A stretch of 64,000 nt of DNA from Lingula anatina (taxonomy: Eukaryota > Animalia > Brachiopoda). The DNA is taken from assembly GCA_051362555.1 (NCBI GenBank), contig CM120640.1, positions 60,242,788 through 60,306,787 of the forward strand, in the 5' to 3' direction. The stretch's first letter is position 1; the number at the start of each line of letters is the position of its first letter. The notes under the pieces were generated by a model that did no database searches, had not been told where the DNA came from, and saw nothing but the letters and a program-made list of their open reading frames with translations. Below, piece by piece: positions 1 to 12,500 of this stretch. The position numbers and the translations under genes are program-made.

Positions 1-168
1 TGTCTGTATAGAAGATGGGTGATAGATGTAGCTGGACATTGTATATGTTTTATTGGTCATCCCATATGACCTAAAATAAAAATAGTTGTGGTGTGTACGA
101 TGTTATAAAGCTAACAGTGCTGTAGTTTAAGTGCAGAAATTAAAATGTAATTGTTTCTTGATTTACAG

Positions 169-3100
169 GCAAGAAAGCAAAGAAATGAAATTGAAGGCAG
201 CACAAGCACATTTGGCCTTGGGTGAAGTGGCTCTAGAAACTGGTAAATGCCCCTTTCCATGTTTTGTACCCATTACATAGGGTGTAGATATTTAGTTGAA
301 GTTTTGTATTCACATTGCAGAGTTGAGAAAGCATTCAAAGTAAACCAGTCTGATATTGCTAAGAGTGGGCGAGATAAAATTATCAATTCAAAACGAATAT
401 AGTTGAAATCAGTTTATTGCAATTTGTATATTGCAATTGTAAAATTGCTGTCTATCATCATGTTATGGCCAACAATATATTTGCTGTTCCTTACAGAACA
501 GTATGAGAGTGCAATCGAAGACTTTACAAAATGCCTGAATATACAGAAGGAAAACTTGGATCCCATGGATAGATTGATTGCAGAGACGTATCCTTTACTT
601 AATATTTACTGTCTGTTATTAAGATTAATATTTTACAGGATATTGGCACGGTTTTTGATATCATACTTTATGCAAACTGTTGTGATTTCTTGACTTCTAT
701 GCAGACAATACCAACTTGGCTTGGCTTTCTCTTTCAACAAGCAGTTTGATGAATCACTAAAACATTATAAAGATGCCAAACAAGTCTTAGAGAATAGAAT
801 CGGTACGTTGCATAAAGTTCAGTTGGTATGTGAGTTGATCTTGAGCAGTAGCGAAGTTGTTAAGAACGATCATCTGCTTCTTTGCAATATTTTGAATTTG
901 GATTAGTGGAACTCTAAAAACATGCATCTTAAATGTTTTAGCAATGTTAACCAAGAAGGTAGAGGAGGCTGAAGCACAGGACAAAGGGAAAGGTAAGTTT
1001 TTCATTTGGAGTCTTTGTGTGGGAATTTTTTACTAACAGGATGAAATTCATAAAGAGCATTAACTTGTAAAAAGGAGACATCAGTTGATATGTGACTATG
1101 TATGGATCACTTTCACTGAGAAAAGTCGCAACTTGAAATTTCATTTATTATTATTATTATTATTATTATTCCCCCAGCAATTCCAACAGGGGATGATCCT
1201 ATAGTCGCAGCACGCAAGGAACTTGGTGATCTAAAGGAAATCATTCCTGACATTGAAACAAAGGTAATGCCATATTGTGGGGTGTTGAAGTTCTCGTGAG
1301 AAATATTGATTCATTAAAAAGGCAATGTTACTTTTAAATTACTGTATGCATTGTTATTCATCAGCATTTCTAAGTTACATTTCTAAATGTAATTTGGGAC
1401 AGTTTGACCAATGAACCTCTTAAGGATGTAGATAACAGTAAATTGTCAAAATTTGGGTGTTTTTCTGAATTTGTCAGTATTAGATAGATGAAATATCAAC
1501 TACATATCAGCCTATCTTAAAATAATGGAAGTTTACAAATAAACCCATAATTTTAGCCTAATTGCTGATTTACCCCTGTGGTAGCGTGTCTGAGTTTTAA
1601 AGTAGGTCACACTTGTCCATATATGTGTTTGATTGGCAGCTCCACTGTGCAGCTGTATATTTCCCGTACTAGATTGCTGCTAACCTTTCACATTCTGTGG
1701 GTAACGTCGCGCTTTCACTTGCCAAACAATACTTTTAATTTTGAATTTATCAGTGAACTTAATTCTGACGATCTATTAAAGCTTTAAAAAGCAGACATAT
1801 AGATGAGACGTATATGGGCAAAGGCACTCCCCCTAGGTGTCACGTGGTGAAGAAGGCTGACGTCACGACTAACATGGTGGCTGCTGTCAATACATGGAGG
1901 GGGCCTCCGGTTGAAAATGTTCAATAATAATGTTGAAAATGGATGAAAGACATAGTGACAGTTACATAGGCAGTGAGTAGAGGGCTGAACCAGTATAAAT
2001 AACTAAATTTCTCAGCTTGCCAATGCAGCTCACTGATTATATAACGTTGGAATCTCCGGGGAGCACTAAAAGGCTGATTTCTCCGCTTCAGTTTATGGCT
2101 TCAAGAGAACGATTTAGACCAGTGTCAAAATTAATTAGAACTCTCAACCAATGAAAGCTGGTATTCATTCGTTAGATCTAAGGTTTGTCTGAAAGTATGT
2201 GTCTGGGATTTCATAACATCAGCTCCGTTTTTTCAACTTAGGCATGCTTTAGTTAGACTAGGGGGTCTCGTTGAACTGGAAGCCAAGTTTATTTTGATAT
2301 CTCTGCTAATTTAACACATATCGCTAATTTGAGGCGCATTCTTGTTGATCCCTATGAGGGCTCACGAGTCAAGCTGTCTACACATGTCCATTTGTAGTGG
2401 ACTTCTAGTTTTTAAGGTGTAAAGATCATGTTGAGCACACCTATTAAGCATTATATCTCATTACGTAACGATTACATAATAAAATAAGGATATGAAATGA
2501 AGAGCTGTTGAAATAAGCTTTCTATTGATATGTAACATGTTGGTATATCTTGGCCGGTTTAGAAGATAGCTACCCCTGTTATCTACATCCTTAAGTCCAT
2601 GAATTCCTCTTATTGTATTTGTGTATATTAACATGTTTATGCAGTTCAGTGATTTACATTCTAGATGGAAGATGTCCTGGAAGAGAGGAGAAACCTTGAT
2701 ATGATCAAAGATATGGCCAAGGCAGCAACTGGATTTGAGAAACCTGCTTTTGATGCACCCAGTAATGCTGAACCAGCTCAGTCGGTGAGTGCCTACAATC
2801 CTATACTGAGCTTGTTCAACCTCTGAGCTAAAATGATTTCATGCCTAGATATTTTAGGGTCCTCTTCTGCTGCCTGATTAGATAATTAAGATCTTAAAGA
2901 CTTGAGAAGGAAAAGGATATCTCATAGTCAATATTAAACAATAAGAGGTTAGAATCAAATAATTTTTTCACAGTGCTTATGTGGCTTGCTTTATTTTAGA
3001 TTGCAGTGAAAAAAGCCACAGAAATTAGTGTTAGAAAAAAGGTAAGATTCTGGGTGCTTACTCAGCTTTAGAACAGTAGATAAAGAATAACGATAAATAA

Positions 3101-3646
3101 AGAATTGTATATATGTTGATTTTGAACAGTTTTTTCCCCTTATTCTTCTTGATATGTACATCGAATAGTTCTAACCCATTAGTAACATAGAGTGGGTTTT
3201 AAAGGGAAGGCAGATTTACTTATAGTAATATTGTATTCACAGAGGAAGCCTGATGAAGAGGAAGCTGGTGGTGATGCAGAAAATAAGAAGCCAAAAGTCA
3301 ATGGACATGCCATTAATGGGAATGCTGAAGAAAAGGTAGTAAACCAAGTGTTTTATCACAGATACTTCCCTCATCAGAAGCTTTTGGCTTTAAGGAGTGA
3401 AATAACCATTTTATTGATGTTTAACTTGGAATGACAGTAGTTGCCCTGATGGTAATTGGCAGTGACCTAGGTATTTTTCAAGGGTAATGTTTAATGGATT
3501 AAAAATGATTAGGTTCTAATTTAAGTGCGGTTAGGGGCTCATTAAATATGATGAACCATTCACTAGATATGAATCAATATATTTTTCAGATTGCTGACAG
3601 TACAACCTCAGAAAATGCTGCCAAACCAACCGAGACTGCTGTTTAA
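169..3646 (+). CDS. NASP: Nuclear autoantigenic sperm protein (histone chaperone NASP), 5'-truncated by the window. Exons 169-242, 497-587, 705-802, 942-992, 1178-1263, 2665-2784, 3000-3041, 3243-3335, 3590-3646
   Basis: The spliced translation QESKEMKLKAAQAHLALGEVALETEQYESAIEDFTKCLNIQKENLDPMDRLIAETQYQLGLAFSFNKQF matches the NASP SHNi-TPR repeats. It ends in a VRKKRKP...KKPK basic NLS tail. All junctions are GT-AG and in frame, with stop TAA at 3644-3646. Confidence 0.93.
588..704 (+). other. U12-type (minor spliceosome) GT-AG intron in NASP
   Basis: Donor GTATCCTTT at 588. Branch-point-like TTTCTTGAC at 686-694, 10 nt before the end of the acceptor AG at 704. Splicing restores ETQYQLGLA. 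Confidence 0.88.
1424..2590. mobile_element. Non-autonomous DNA transposon, Kolobok-like (TTAA target site), in a NASP intron
   Basis: cTTAAGGATGTAGATAACAG (1419-1438) is the exact reverse complement of CTGTTATCTACATCCTTAAg (2576-2595). TTAA flanks both ends and the termini are RR...YY. No transposase ORF is visible. Confidence 0.75.
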
Positions 3647-5372
3647 ATTGTAGAAATTCTTGTTGAACACATCATTATTGAAGGGAACAGATCTGAGTTT
3701 GGTGCTAATGCAAGAAACAAAAAAGTGCTGCATGTTCTGATCACTTGAAAGGCTTCATTATCTGTTGTAAATATTCAATCATGTCTTGATAAATCATGAA
3801 ACTAACTGCTGCATACACTGAATGCTGTGAACCCTGGAAAAGAGCAATAAAGACGCATTCATTTGTACATAAAAAAAATTAGTCTGTATATATAAATGCC
3901 AAAAGTCAACTATGTCTTGAATCTAGAAATTGTTAGTCATTTACTTTTGTTCTGTGGAAATTATATTCATGTTTCAAATACATTAATGCTTTCTATGTGT
4001 TCAGTGTTGTTTTTCAGTTTCCTGTTATGCAAACTGAGATGCAAGTATTAGTGTTAAAAGCTGTCTTGATAATTCACTTGCATGTAGTAGAAAAGTGCTT
4101 GTATCTTTCTCCCGAAGTTGGCATTTCAAACGTGATGCACTTGAATTTTGCTTTTAAGAGAAAGAAGAGCTTGGAGTATTGAAGTGCATTAAAATTGATA
4201 CAATTATCTTAGTGCTTGAAGCACCAGCCATTAGATAAGGGTTATGTTTTCCCTTTCAAACTTGTTTTGTTTCAGGTGAAGCTTAGGCTGACTTACACTG
4301 GCTTGGTTTTAAAGGTGCATATGAACCGAACGACAGTAGGGCATGGATTTCCAGTAACCCATATAAAATACTACTATTAGTTTCTTATACAACTCCAATA
4401 AAGTCGACAGTCCAAGAGATAAAGTCCCTAAACTTTTGGGCGTAAACTTAACCTACTTATCTGCCCATTTATTTTACAAATAAAAAGAAAGTGGAAAAAT
4501 CTGTTCAAATATTTTTCAAGTAATATGAAAAGATGCCTTTTGGTATGTAAGCTATCCTATTTGAAACTGGTGACGTTTGGTCAACTTTTGTAGCAAAAAA
4601 TTAACTTCATATATATCTTGAAGACTTGAGAAAAAAAGATGCCAGCCTTTAATTTTTGTGAAATGCACGTCTAAAATTTTTGCACCTGAACTGACTAGAA
4701 ACTGCGTATAACTAGTACTGGAGTACTTTTTTAACTTTTGGTTTTTCATTCTTTGAATCCAGTTTTGTCACTTTATCACAGGATCGTGCCTACTGCAACT
4801 CTTCTACTCATTCAGTAACAATAAAAGGTATTCGTACCAAGTGAAAAAACCTAGACAGCAAAGCTATCAAATGTTCAGTCATGCAGAAAGTGCACAAAAA
4901 TGTTTTGGCCAATTTCGACATTATGTACTACAGGTAACACGGACACTGGAAAACTAACTACTGATTCCATTCCATGTAATATAAAAGCCACTGAAAAACA
5001 CAAAAACAATAATTATCATAAATATAAACCAATCATGCTGATTTTTGAAAGCAACCTGTCTCTTTGCCAAACAAATCCAAAAGTAAAGTGAAAATGTGGT
5101 TTGGAAGTTCTGGGACGAACGTCATGTGTCATACTGCAGTGGCAATGACGGCCACATGGGCAGACAGACCAATCAGAATATGTACACACAGTGTCTCTAT
5201 ATAAAAAATGACCTCGACATAGTAATTGACATGGAACACTATCATATCAACTCAACTTGATATTTATTAAAAGGCTGGTGAATCAAAAGTTTATGCTCAT
5301 ATATAGATAAAGTCTAATATACTGGTCAATTAAAATTTTGAATTAAAACATTCCTGTATTCAAACTAACTGC

Positions 5373-8300
5373 TCAAGTGGTACTCTCCTTGTGTTTCTGC
5401 AAAAGTTCCATTTTCTGTTGATGGTTTTTGGATGTCTTTGCAAAAGAACTCTTTGTAACCTGTAAAGGAATGTCTTTACCACTAAGTGGCAGCTTATTTG
5501 CAAAACTGTCCATCCCAAAATTACCAATCTTGTAAACTTCATCAGTATGTAAAGTATTGCCATACTGGACAACATATTTTGCTAGCACAAAACCAGTCAT
5601 AAAGGCATCAAATCCAGCCCTGTGTCCACCTGAGTTGGACTGTGATTGGCTTAAAGGAGTTCCACCTTCTAAATGACTGGCAGTCAGGCTACTTGGGCTA
5701 TCTTGTTTAGAAGATGGTAAAGTATCTTTATTATGAACAGAACTGGAGTGAATTTGCTTCACAGCTTCATTTGCATTATGAAATTCTCCATCTTTCTGGG
5801 ATTTGGTGCATTTGGATAGAACATGGCTTGACTCCATGTCAACATCTGCACTGTTTGCATCACTTTGATCACAGTCATCTGTATGTCTCTCAGCTTCCAT
5901 GGAAGCAGCTTGACCTTTCTGCCTTTTTCTTCTTCTCTTTTTCCCTCGCCTTTCTTCCTCACAGTCCAGTATTAAGTCAATGTTGTGGGATTTCTGACAT
6001 TTTCTCAGTGAAGGACACCAACCATGAGCCTATAAAATATTGAAGCACGTAGTTAACACACCACAGTCAAATGAGCAAAGGATAGATCAGTAAATTCAAC
6101 TTTTTCGTTTTGTATTCTGGTAAAATATTTTGTACAAATTTCATCTTTATTAAAGCAAATGCAAGACAAAAATGAATTGTGCAGTGAATACTTACTGCAA
6201 AGACTTGACAAATACTGGATGCATGTTTTCTCTTCTCTTCTGATGTCCAAACAGATTTGAAACCCGGTAGTCCAATATACTTGTGTTTCACATTTTGAAA
6301 GGACGAGGGGTAGGACGGAAACTGGAGGTGTACATAATTCTCTTCTTTTGAAGCACTGAATGCATTGTCTCTTTGGCTGAGTGTAAAAATAAAGTTAAAT
6401 GAATTTTGAATTGTGAAGGATACATGTATTTACCACACATACCACTGAGTAATTCTGACGATTGTAAAATACATGTATGAACTATAATTAAATATCCACT
6501 TTATCAAGAAAACTCACCATTTTCTAAAAGCATATTCCAAGAAGGATGCCTGCAGCCTGGCTGAGAACTCGGTGATGTATTTTGTGTCGTAGATGCCTGC
6601 TGGGAAGACCTCCGAGAGATCTGCGAGAAAAGTGGACAGCTTTGAAGGAAGTTCTGCATAAAAGCTGTGATAGAGATAGATCAAGTCTACCATTCCATTG
6701 TGGAAAGCGATGGGAACTCTGCTCAGTATCAGCTCTGATATCAGCTGCCTGACTGTCCTCAGTTTTGTGTCTCCTGCCTGAAAGAATGCATAAAAAGTGA
6801 TCAAGTTACATACAATGCAGACTGTTACATTGACTTAAAGAACTTTTAAAACATCTTGTATATGTGTGAACTTTGGACATGCCTAATTTTTGTAATTCTT
6901 ACAAATAATTATTTTAATATGCCTTCAAAAAAATGATCCATGATCTAATGAAAAACGATTTGACGCATGAAAAATGATTTGATGCACATGTAGCACATGT
7001 GGCACCCTGAGCTTCAGAGATAACTTGACACTAACCTCTTCACTATAGCCTATCTTCATCGTGTCAAGTTACCTCTGACCACATTCGATTGCCTCCGCCG
7101 CCCGCCAATCAAATTTAAAGCCCGCACTCAATGCCTCATTGAACGATCTAGCCAATGAACGCGAACGAGTCAAAGCGCGCTTTGTTCAAATCCGGACCAA
7201 TCAAAGATAAGGCTGAATATCAGGGACTTGCCGTAACCTGTGGGCAGCACGCAAAATACATCATCCCTCAGTAGATAATTATGCAGGGCATCAAACTGCT
7301 CTGGTTTCAATTCCGATATACTCCATGCTTTCTTTGTGTACGGTTATGCACTCGGAACTACTCGGATGTCTCCGCACTCGACAATAACTATGTTGTTAGC
7401 ATGGAGCTTGCGGAATCAGCCGAGGATTGCCGATTGACGGTCAACCAATCAGCGTTTTCACCAAACTTTGGTGAAAAATTTTGAAACATGGATTCGATTG
7501 GCTTATATAAACTAGGTCAAACTATTTTCGTCAGAGGTAACTTGACACGATGAAGATGGGCTATAGTGAAGAGGTTAGTGTCAAGTTATCTCTGAAGCTC
7601 AGGGTGACATGTGGGAGCCAACACGTGCATTTTTTAAAAATCCTTACATCGAATATATATTAGCAAAGTGTGACATATACCCTATCATTCCCCCTATAGT
7701 ATGAGACACCCAAAGAATACTGTTTGTTGAAGTCAAACCCATGGTCCACTAGAAACTGCACACTAGATGGCTCCACCACATAATCTTCGCTGCACAGCAG
7801 TGTGATATTGTAAGTTTGTACAAAAAAAGTCACTTGGAGGTCATTACTTGGCTGCTGTTTGAAGCACGATATGCCTACAGAGAGTACAGATCTGGTCCTA
7901 GCCACTTCTCTCAATGCAGAATATCGATCATCTATTGACCTGGATGAAATTAGTTAAACTGGTATTAAATTAATATCAACTTTTTATGCTAGAGTACATG
8001 TATGTTATTGTGCACCATTAAAAACACAAGAGAAAGATGATCTGTTAATTCTGGTAACAAAACCAACTAAGATACAACAGCATAGCCTGACTCTCAACAA
8101 AGACCAGGGACTGGGGCTACTTGCTGGTCCTTACAGTATATTCCAGCATGACATCCAGTCTCTCCCACTAATGAGGGCGAGGGCAGGGCTTCCGCTTTTG
8201 TGCCATCAAAGAACACCATCTACAGTAGTGAAACAAAATCATGTATCATGAACAAAACCAACTGTTCACTATGTTAGTTCAGGCTTCAGCTATAAATTTT

Positions 8301-9247
8301 TGCATCGAATTGTCAGATCACCTCTCTCCTATATATGTTCAGCACATTGCCTCAGTTTTTAGCCTTACATGCAACACACAGGTAAGGCCACCAAATACCC
8401 AGTGTTAGAAACTCTCCTGAGTATATGTGGCATCACTTACAAACTACACATATAAGCGCTTTAGAACACCACTGAAAAAGCTGGAATGAAAAGAGTAAAA
8501 CATCATAAATTGATACAAAATGACTTTATTATTTGCAAATGATAAATTTAAGCTTCAAAATGTGATGGAGGGCACAGTTACCCCAGGATGTGGATATTTA
8601 TAGCCCCGAGAGTTTTTAACACAGGGTTTTAAAAGGCCTTGGGAATAGCCTTGCATGTAAGGCCAAAAACTGAGACAAAGCAGAAAAATAATCTAAAAAT
8701 AGTCTCCAAAATCTTCATTTTCCACAAGGTACTATTGATATAGCATAACTCACATGATATTATAATTATCAGTTTTATCTTTTTGGACTTAAACGCATAA
8801 AAATTCAACTTCAGTGAATGCTTTCACTGAAGTGGCCTATCAGAGAACAGACAACAATACTGCAATGCATAATCACTTACTTAGCTGTCAACATCTTCCT
8901 ATTACCAAGTCCACTCAGTTCCTAGAAATTCAACATATCCACATAACGATCATTTAATTGGCATACAATCATAATATACAATAAATTTGCTTAACAATAC
9001 CTTTACTCTCACCAAGGACGTCGTAATATCTGATTAACGAGTAACTGCCCTAAGAGTTTATAGTCCGCCTACAACAAAGAGCAGTTTTCAATTTACATTG
9101 ATAGTTAAAGGTACAAGTGTCGCTTTATCTCACCAAGTCCAGTGCAACTAATGTGGACGTCCTGAGAGCCAGCACCACGGACGGCCACATTTCTTCAAAG
9201 TTGTCATCGTGGATATCGATGACTGGAACGTTACTTAAGTCCGCCAT
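5373..9247 (-). CDS. TOE1: Target of EGR1 protein 1 (CAF1-family DEDD deadenylase with CCCH zinc finger). Exons 9134-9247, 8881-8921, 7681-7939, 6518-6777, 6196-6376, 5373-6029
   Basis: Motifs [80 protein letters not shown], the CQVFAAHGWCPSLRKCQKSH zinc finger, a basic NLS, HRAGFDAFMTG and NKLPLSGKDIPLQV. Junctions are in-frame GT-AG. Confidence 0.95.
7003..7606. mobile_element. MITE with 77-bp TIRs and 8-bp TSD (P-element- or hAT-like) in a TOE1 intron
   Basis: TIRs 7003-7079 and 7530-7606 differ by one mismatch. Termini are CACCCTG...CAGGGTG. The direct repeat ACATGTGG lies at 6995-7002 and 7607-7614. Confidence 0.9.
8347..8678. mobile_element. Probable MITE remnant (28-bp inverted repeat) in a TOE1 intron
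   Basis: TTGCCTCAGTTTTTAGCCTTACATGCAA (8347-8374) and TTGCATGTAAGGCCAAAAACTGAGACAA (8651-8678) are complementary at 26 of 28 positions. No clear TSD. Confidence 0.55.
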
Positions 9248-9525
9248 TGCAGGCTAAATTTAAGCTATCACAATCAGGCTACCGCGTAAAAAACATCAAG
9301 CCCTAGTTTAAAATGCCCCCATAAAATAATAGTGCCAAAACGAAAAAAAAAACGCCAATCGAATGCACTCGCTGTATTAACCCACGCAGTTCATGGGCGC
9401 AGACATCTTGGATTGACGTCATCTCGCGCTACTTCCCGCCAGAGTTTGATTGCAGGGCCAAGAACTATTTAACTATTTTTCTCCGTTTCATCCGTGTATT
9501 TGGATGCAATTTTTCACTATTTAGA
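9248..9525. promoter_or_regulatory. Bidirectional TOE1/MUTYH promoter
   Basis: The divergent ATGs are 278 bp apart in a CpG-richer stretch. It contains CCAAT (9355-9359), a palindromic CRE TGACGTCA (9414-9421) and an E2F-like TTCCCGCC (9433-9440). Confidence 0.8.
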
Positions 9526-12500
9526 ATGACAAGGAAGACTGTGAAAGGCAAGCGGAAATTTGCTTGCAAAGCAGAGAGAGAAGAGACAGAAACAGGCACT
9601 GGAAATGGTAACTTGATGAACCTGATGTACCCTGGGGTCACAGTAATGGTACATGTACATTATGTAGTTGTACCAGTAGGAACAGGTCGTTGTTTTACAG
9701 ATGGGTTGCTCATTCATCACCTTTGCTCAAACTGGCCGGGCTCAGAAGCAGATGTCCCTACGTCAGATATGCTAGCATATGCATATTCATATGTACATGT
9801 TTGACCCTGTGCTAGAAACTAGAATGTGGTTTTAAAATAACAATTAATTTCAGACATAAATAATTATCTGCCTTAGGCTGTGTTCCCATAAACCCATTTT
9901 ACTAGCTGGATTGATCTAAGTCTGCGGGGCTTCTTGTTAAAGTGCTTTCAGTGTAATCAGCTTAATTGTCTGTAATAGTAGTTAGATCCAGCTAGTATGA
10001 TGGGTTTATGGGAATGCTCCCTTATTTTACTGTTTGAAAGACTTATAATTCCTCTTCATCTTGCAACATAAACAATTGGCATTGTTTAGGATACAGAAAA
10101 GCAAGTGATTTTACAAGTATGTTGGAAACGAGGAGGCATGTTAATCTGGATAGCATTCAGCAAGAGTCCCCGCAGAGTTGAATGGATCTATATGTAGTGG
10201 TAGAATGAAAGTTTCATTGTGAAATGAGCCCTAACACTTTGACATAAAATGGGCTGCAACATTTGATTTTAGAATATAACGGAGGTTATTGACACACTAC
10301 ACGGTTGTAATAAATCATGTAAAACTTTGGATTATTGTTATTCTTTCAATACATTATGTATAAATAATAATTGAGCATAATAACAGATTCAAATTTAGTT
10401 CATGATAATACATTTAAAAAGTTGCAGCTAAGACAAGAGAAACTGCGAAAAATAACTATTATGAGGCCATCTAAATGTGACCTTCTTTTTTTTACCTAAG
10501 AACTTCTTTTTTTTTCTTTATTGGTGCATAAAGGCCATTTTCTCCAGAAATGTTTATGTGGATTTATCTCTTCAAGATATCTTTTCAAAGAGAAAATAGT
10601 TTTGTATTGTTTTTTGTATGCAGGGCATGTTATATATTTTGTTAGTGAACTTATGTTTTAAATCATGAAGTTCCCCTGTGTATTATTTTGTTATTGTATT
10701 TATCTACTTTGTCTTGTTTCAGTATGTGCAGTGACTACAGAACCAAGGGGTCCCTGTTGTAAACAGCATCAACCATCAGATCCAGATCTTATCAGACGAG
10801 ATCTGCTCAGCTGGTACGATGTTAATAAGAGAGATTTACCTTGGAGAAAGGTGTGATATTTTCAACAAAAAATATATATGTTTATATTCAATTGTGTAAA
10901 ATGCATTTTTTTTTTATAATTTTTAATATTCATTTTCATAATATTATTGCTTTGTGGTAACTCCAAAGTTAAGACACCTTGCTTTCAAATTGCTTTTTTA
11001 TGACCATTCTTTTTTTCAATTCATTGCCTAGCAACTGCATGATTCTATTCAGTCTACTTCTAGCTGATATACAGTTTAGTGTACTTCTTCTTTTTCTAGG
11101 TTTCTAGTCATGATATCAACCAGAGGGCCTATGCAGGTAAAATACATTGGTACAGAATAATGACATTGTACAGAATAGAGTTAAATGGGCATTCTGGCAT
11201 TCAGATAACAGTAGAACAAGAACTGCTACATGAATCTTGAATTATTTGACACTACTATAAGCAGTTTGATATAAGATCATACATTTGCTAAAACTGTATA
11301 GAGTCTATAGGGTATCCATCTTGTCATAGTCTACAACATTTTAGAGGGCTTGACTATGAAAAGGATAATGTTAATTATTATTGTATCTTATTTTTCAGTG
11401 TGGGTATCAGAGATTATGTTACAGCAGACCCAGGTTGCCACGGTCATTGATTACTATAATAAATGGATGAAGGTAGGCTACAATTTAAACCTGAATCATT
11501 AGAAAAATGATGTTGACAAGCAAAAGCATATTGACTGTTCAGATAAGATATGACTTAAAGTCAACTCAAGTGAATAAGTTATGGAGTTGAGGTATTTGGC
11601 AGACTTGTTGACAGTGAAAAAGCATCTTTGCAAGAGCAACAGCTACTTTCTGGTGAACTAGCCTCCCTGTATGTTGATTGTTTCAGAGATGGCCAACACT
11701 ACAGCACCTGGCAAAGGCAACGTTGGAGGTAATTCCTCTGCAGTTTAGTATCACACTTATTAAGCTTGTCAAGTACTTGTTTTTCACAAAATAAGTAGAA
11801 CTTTGTGATTGTATCTTTTTTACATTAGTTAAAATGTTTCTTTAAAACATTTTTGTTTGTTTTGTCATTAAATATCTCAGTTTTTCTCTTAAATGTGATT
11901 ATTGATTACAGGAGGTGAATGAAATGTGGGCAGGGCTCGGATATTACTCTAGAGGAAGGAGATTACATGAGGGTGCAAAAAAGGTAGCTTACTGATAATT
12001 CCATAGAAGAGGACTATTACTTAAAAAAGCGAAATTCAATTATTTAAAGATGTCATAACTGTATCTGAATTTGTTCTGACACATGGTTTTTAACCTGGTA
12101 ATACAGTATTCATCTTCATTTCTTTAGGTAGTTGAAGAATTAGGAGGAGAGATGCCCAGCACAGCAGAGACATTACTGAAGCAACTGCCTGGAGTTGGAA
12201 AGTATACAGCAGGGGCCATTGCATCCATTGCTTTTAATGAGGTAGGGAGAAAAACAACTGGGGCATTTGGACACCTGTTTGGGTAGAAACTTTGACATGA
12301 ATAAGTGCATGTTTCTTCAAGTAGTAAAACCATATATATTTAGTGTGGAGGAGGACAAAGTTTTGGAAACCACAGGCAATATATGGTTCTCATCTTCAGG
12401 TCACAGGTCTGGTGGATGGAAATGTTGTGCGGGTGTTTGCCAGATTGTTCATAATAGGTGGTGATAGTACAAGTCAAATGGTAACAGATACCCTTTGGTA

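Noticed and set aside
4335-4797. Weak inverted repeat CAGTAGGGCATGGAT / ATCGTGCCTACTG between NASP and TOE1
   Set aside because: It is too short and degenerate, with no TSD, to support a transposon call.
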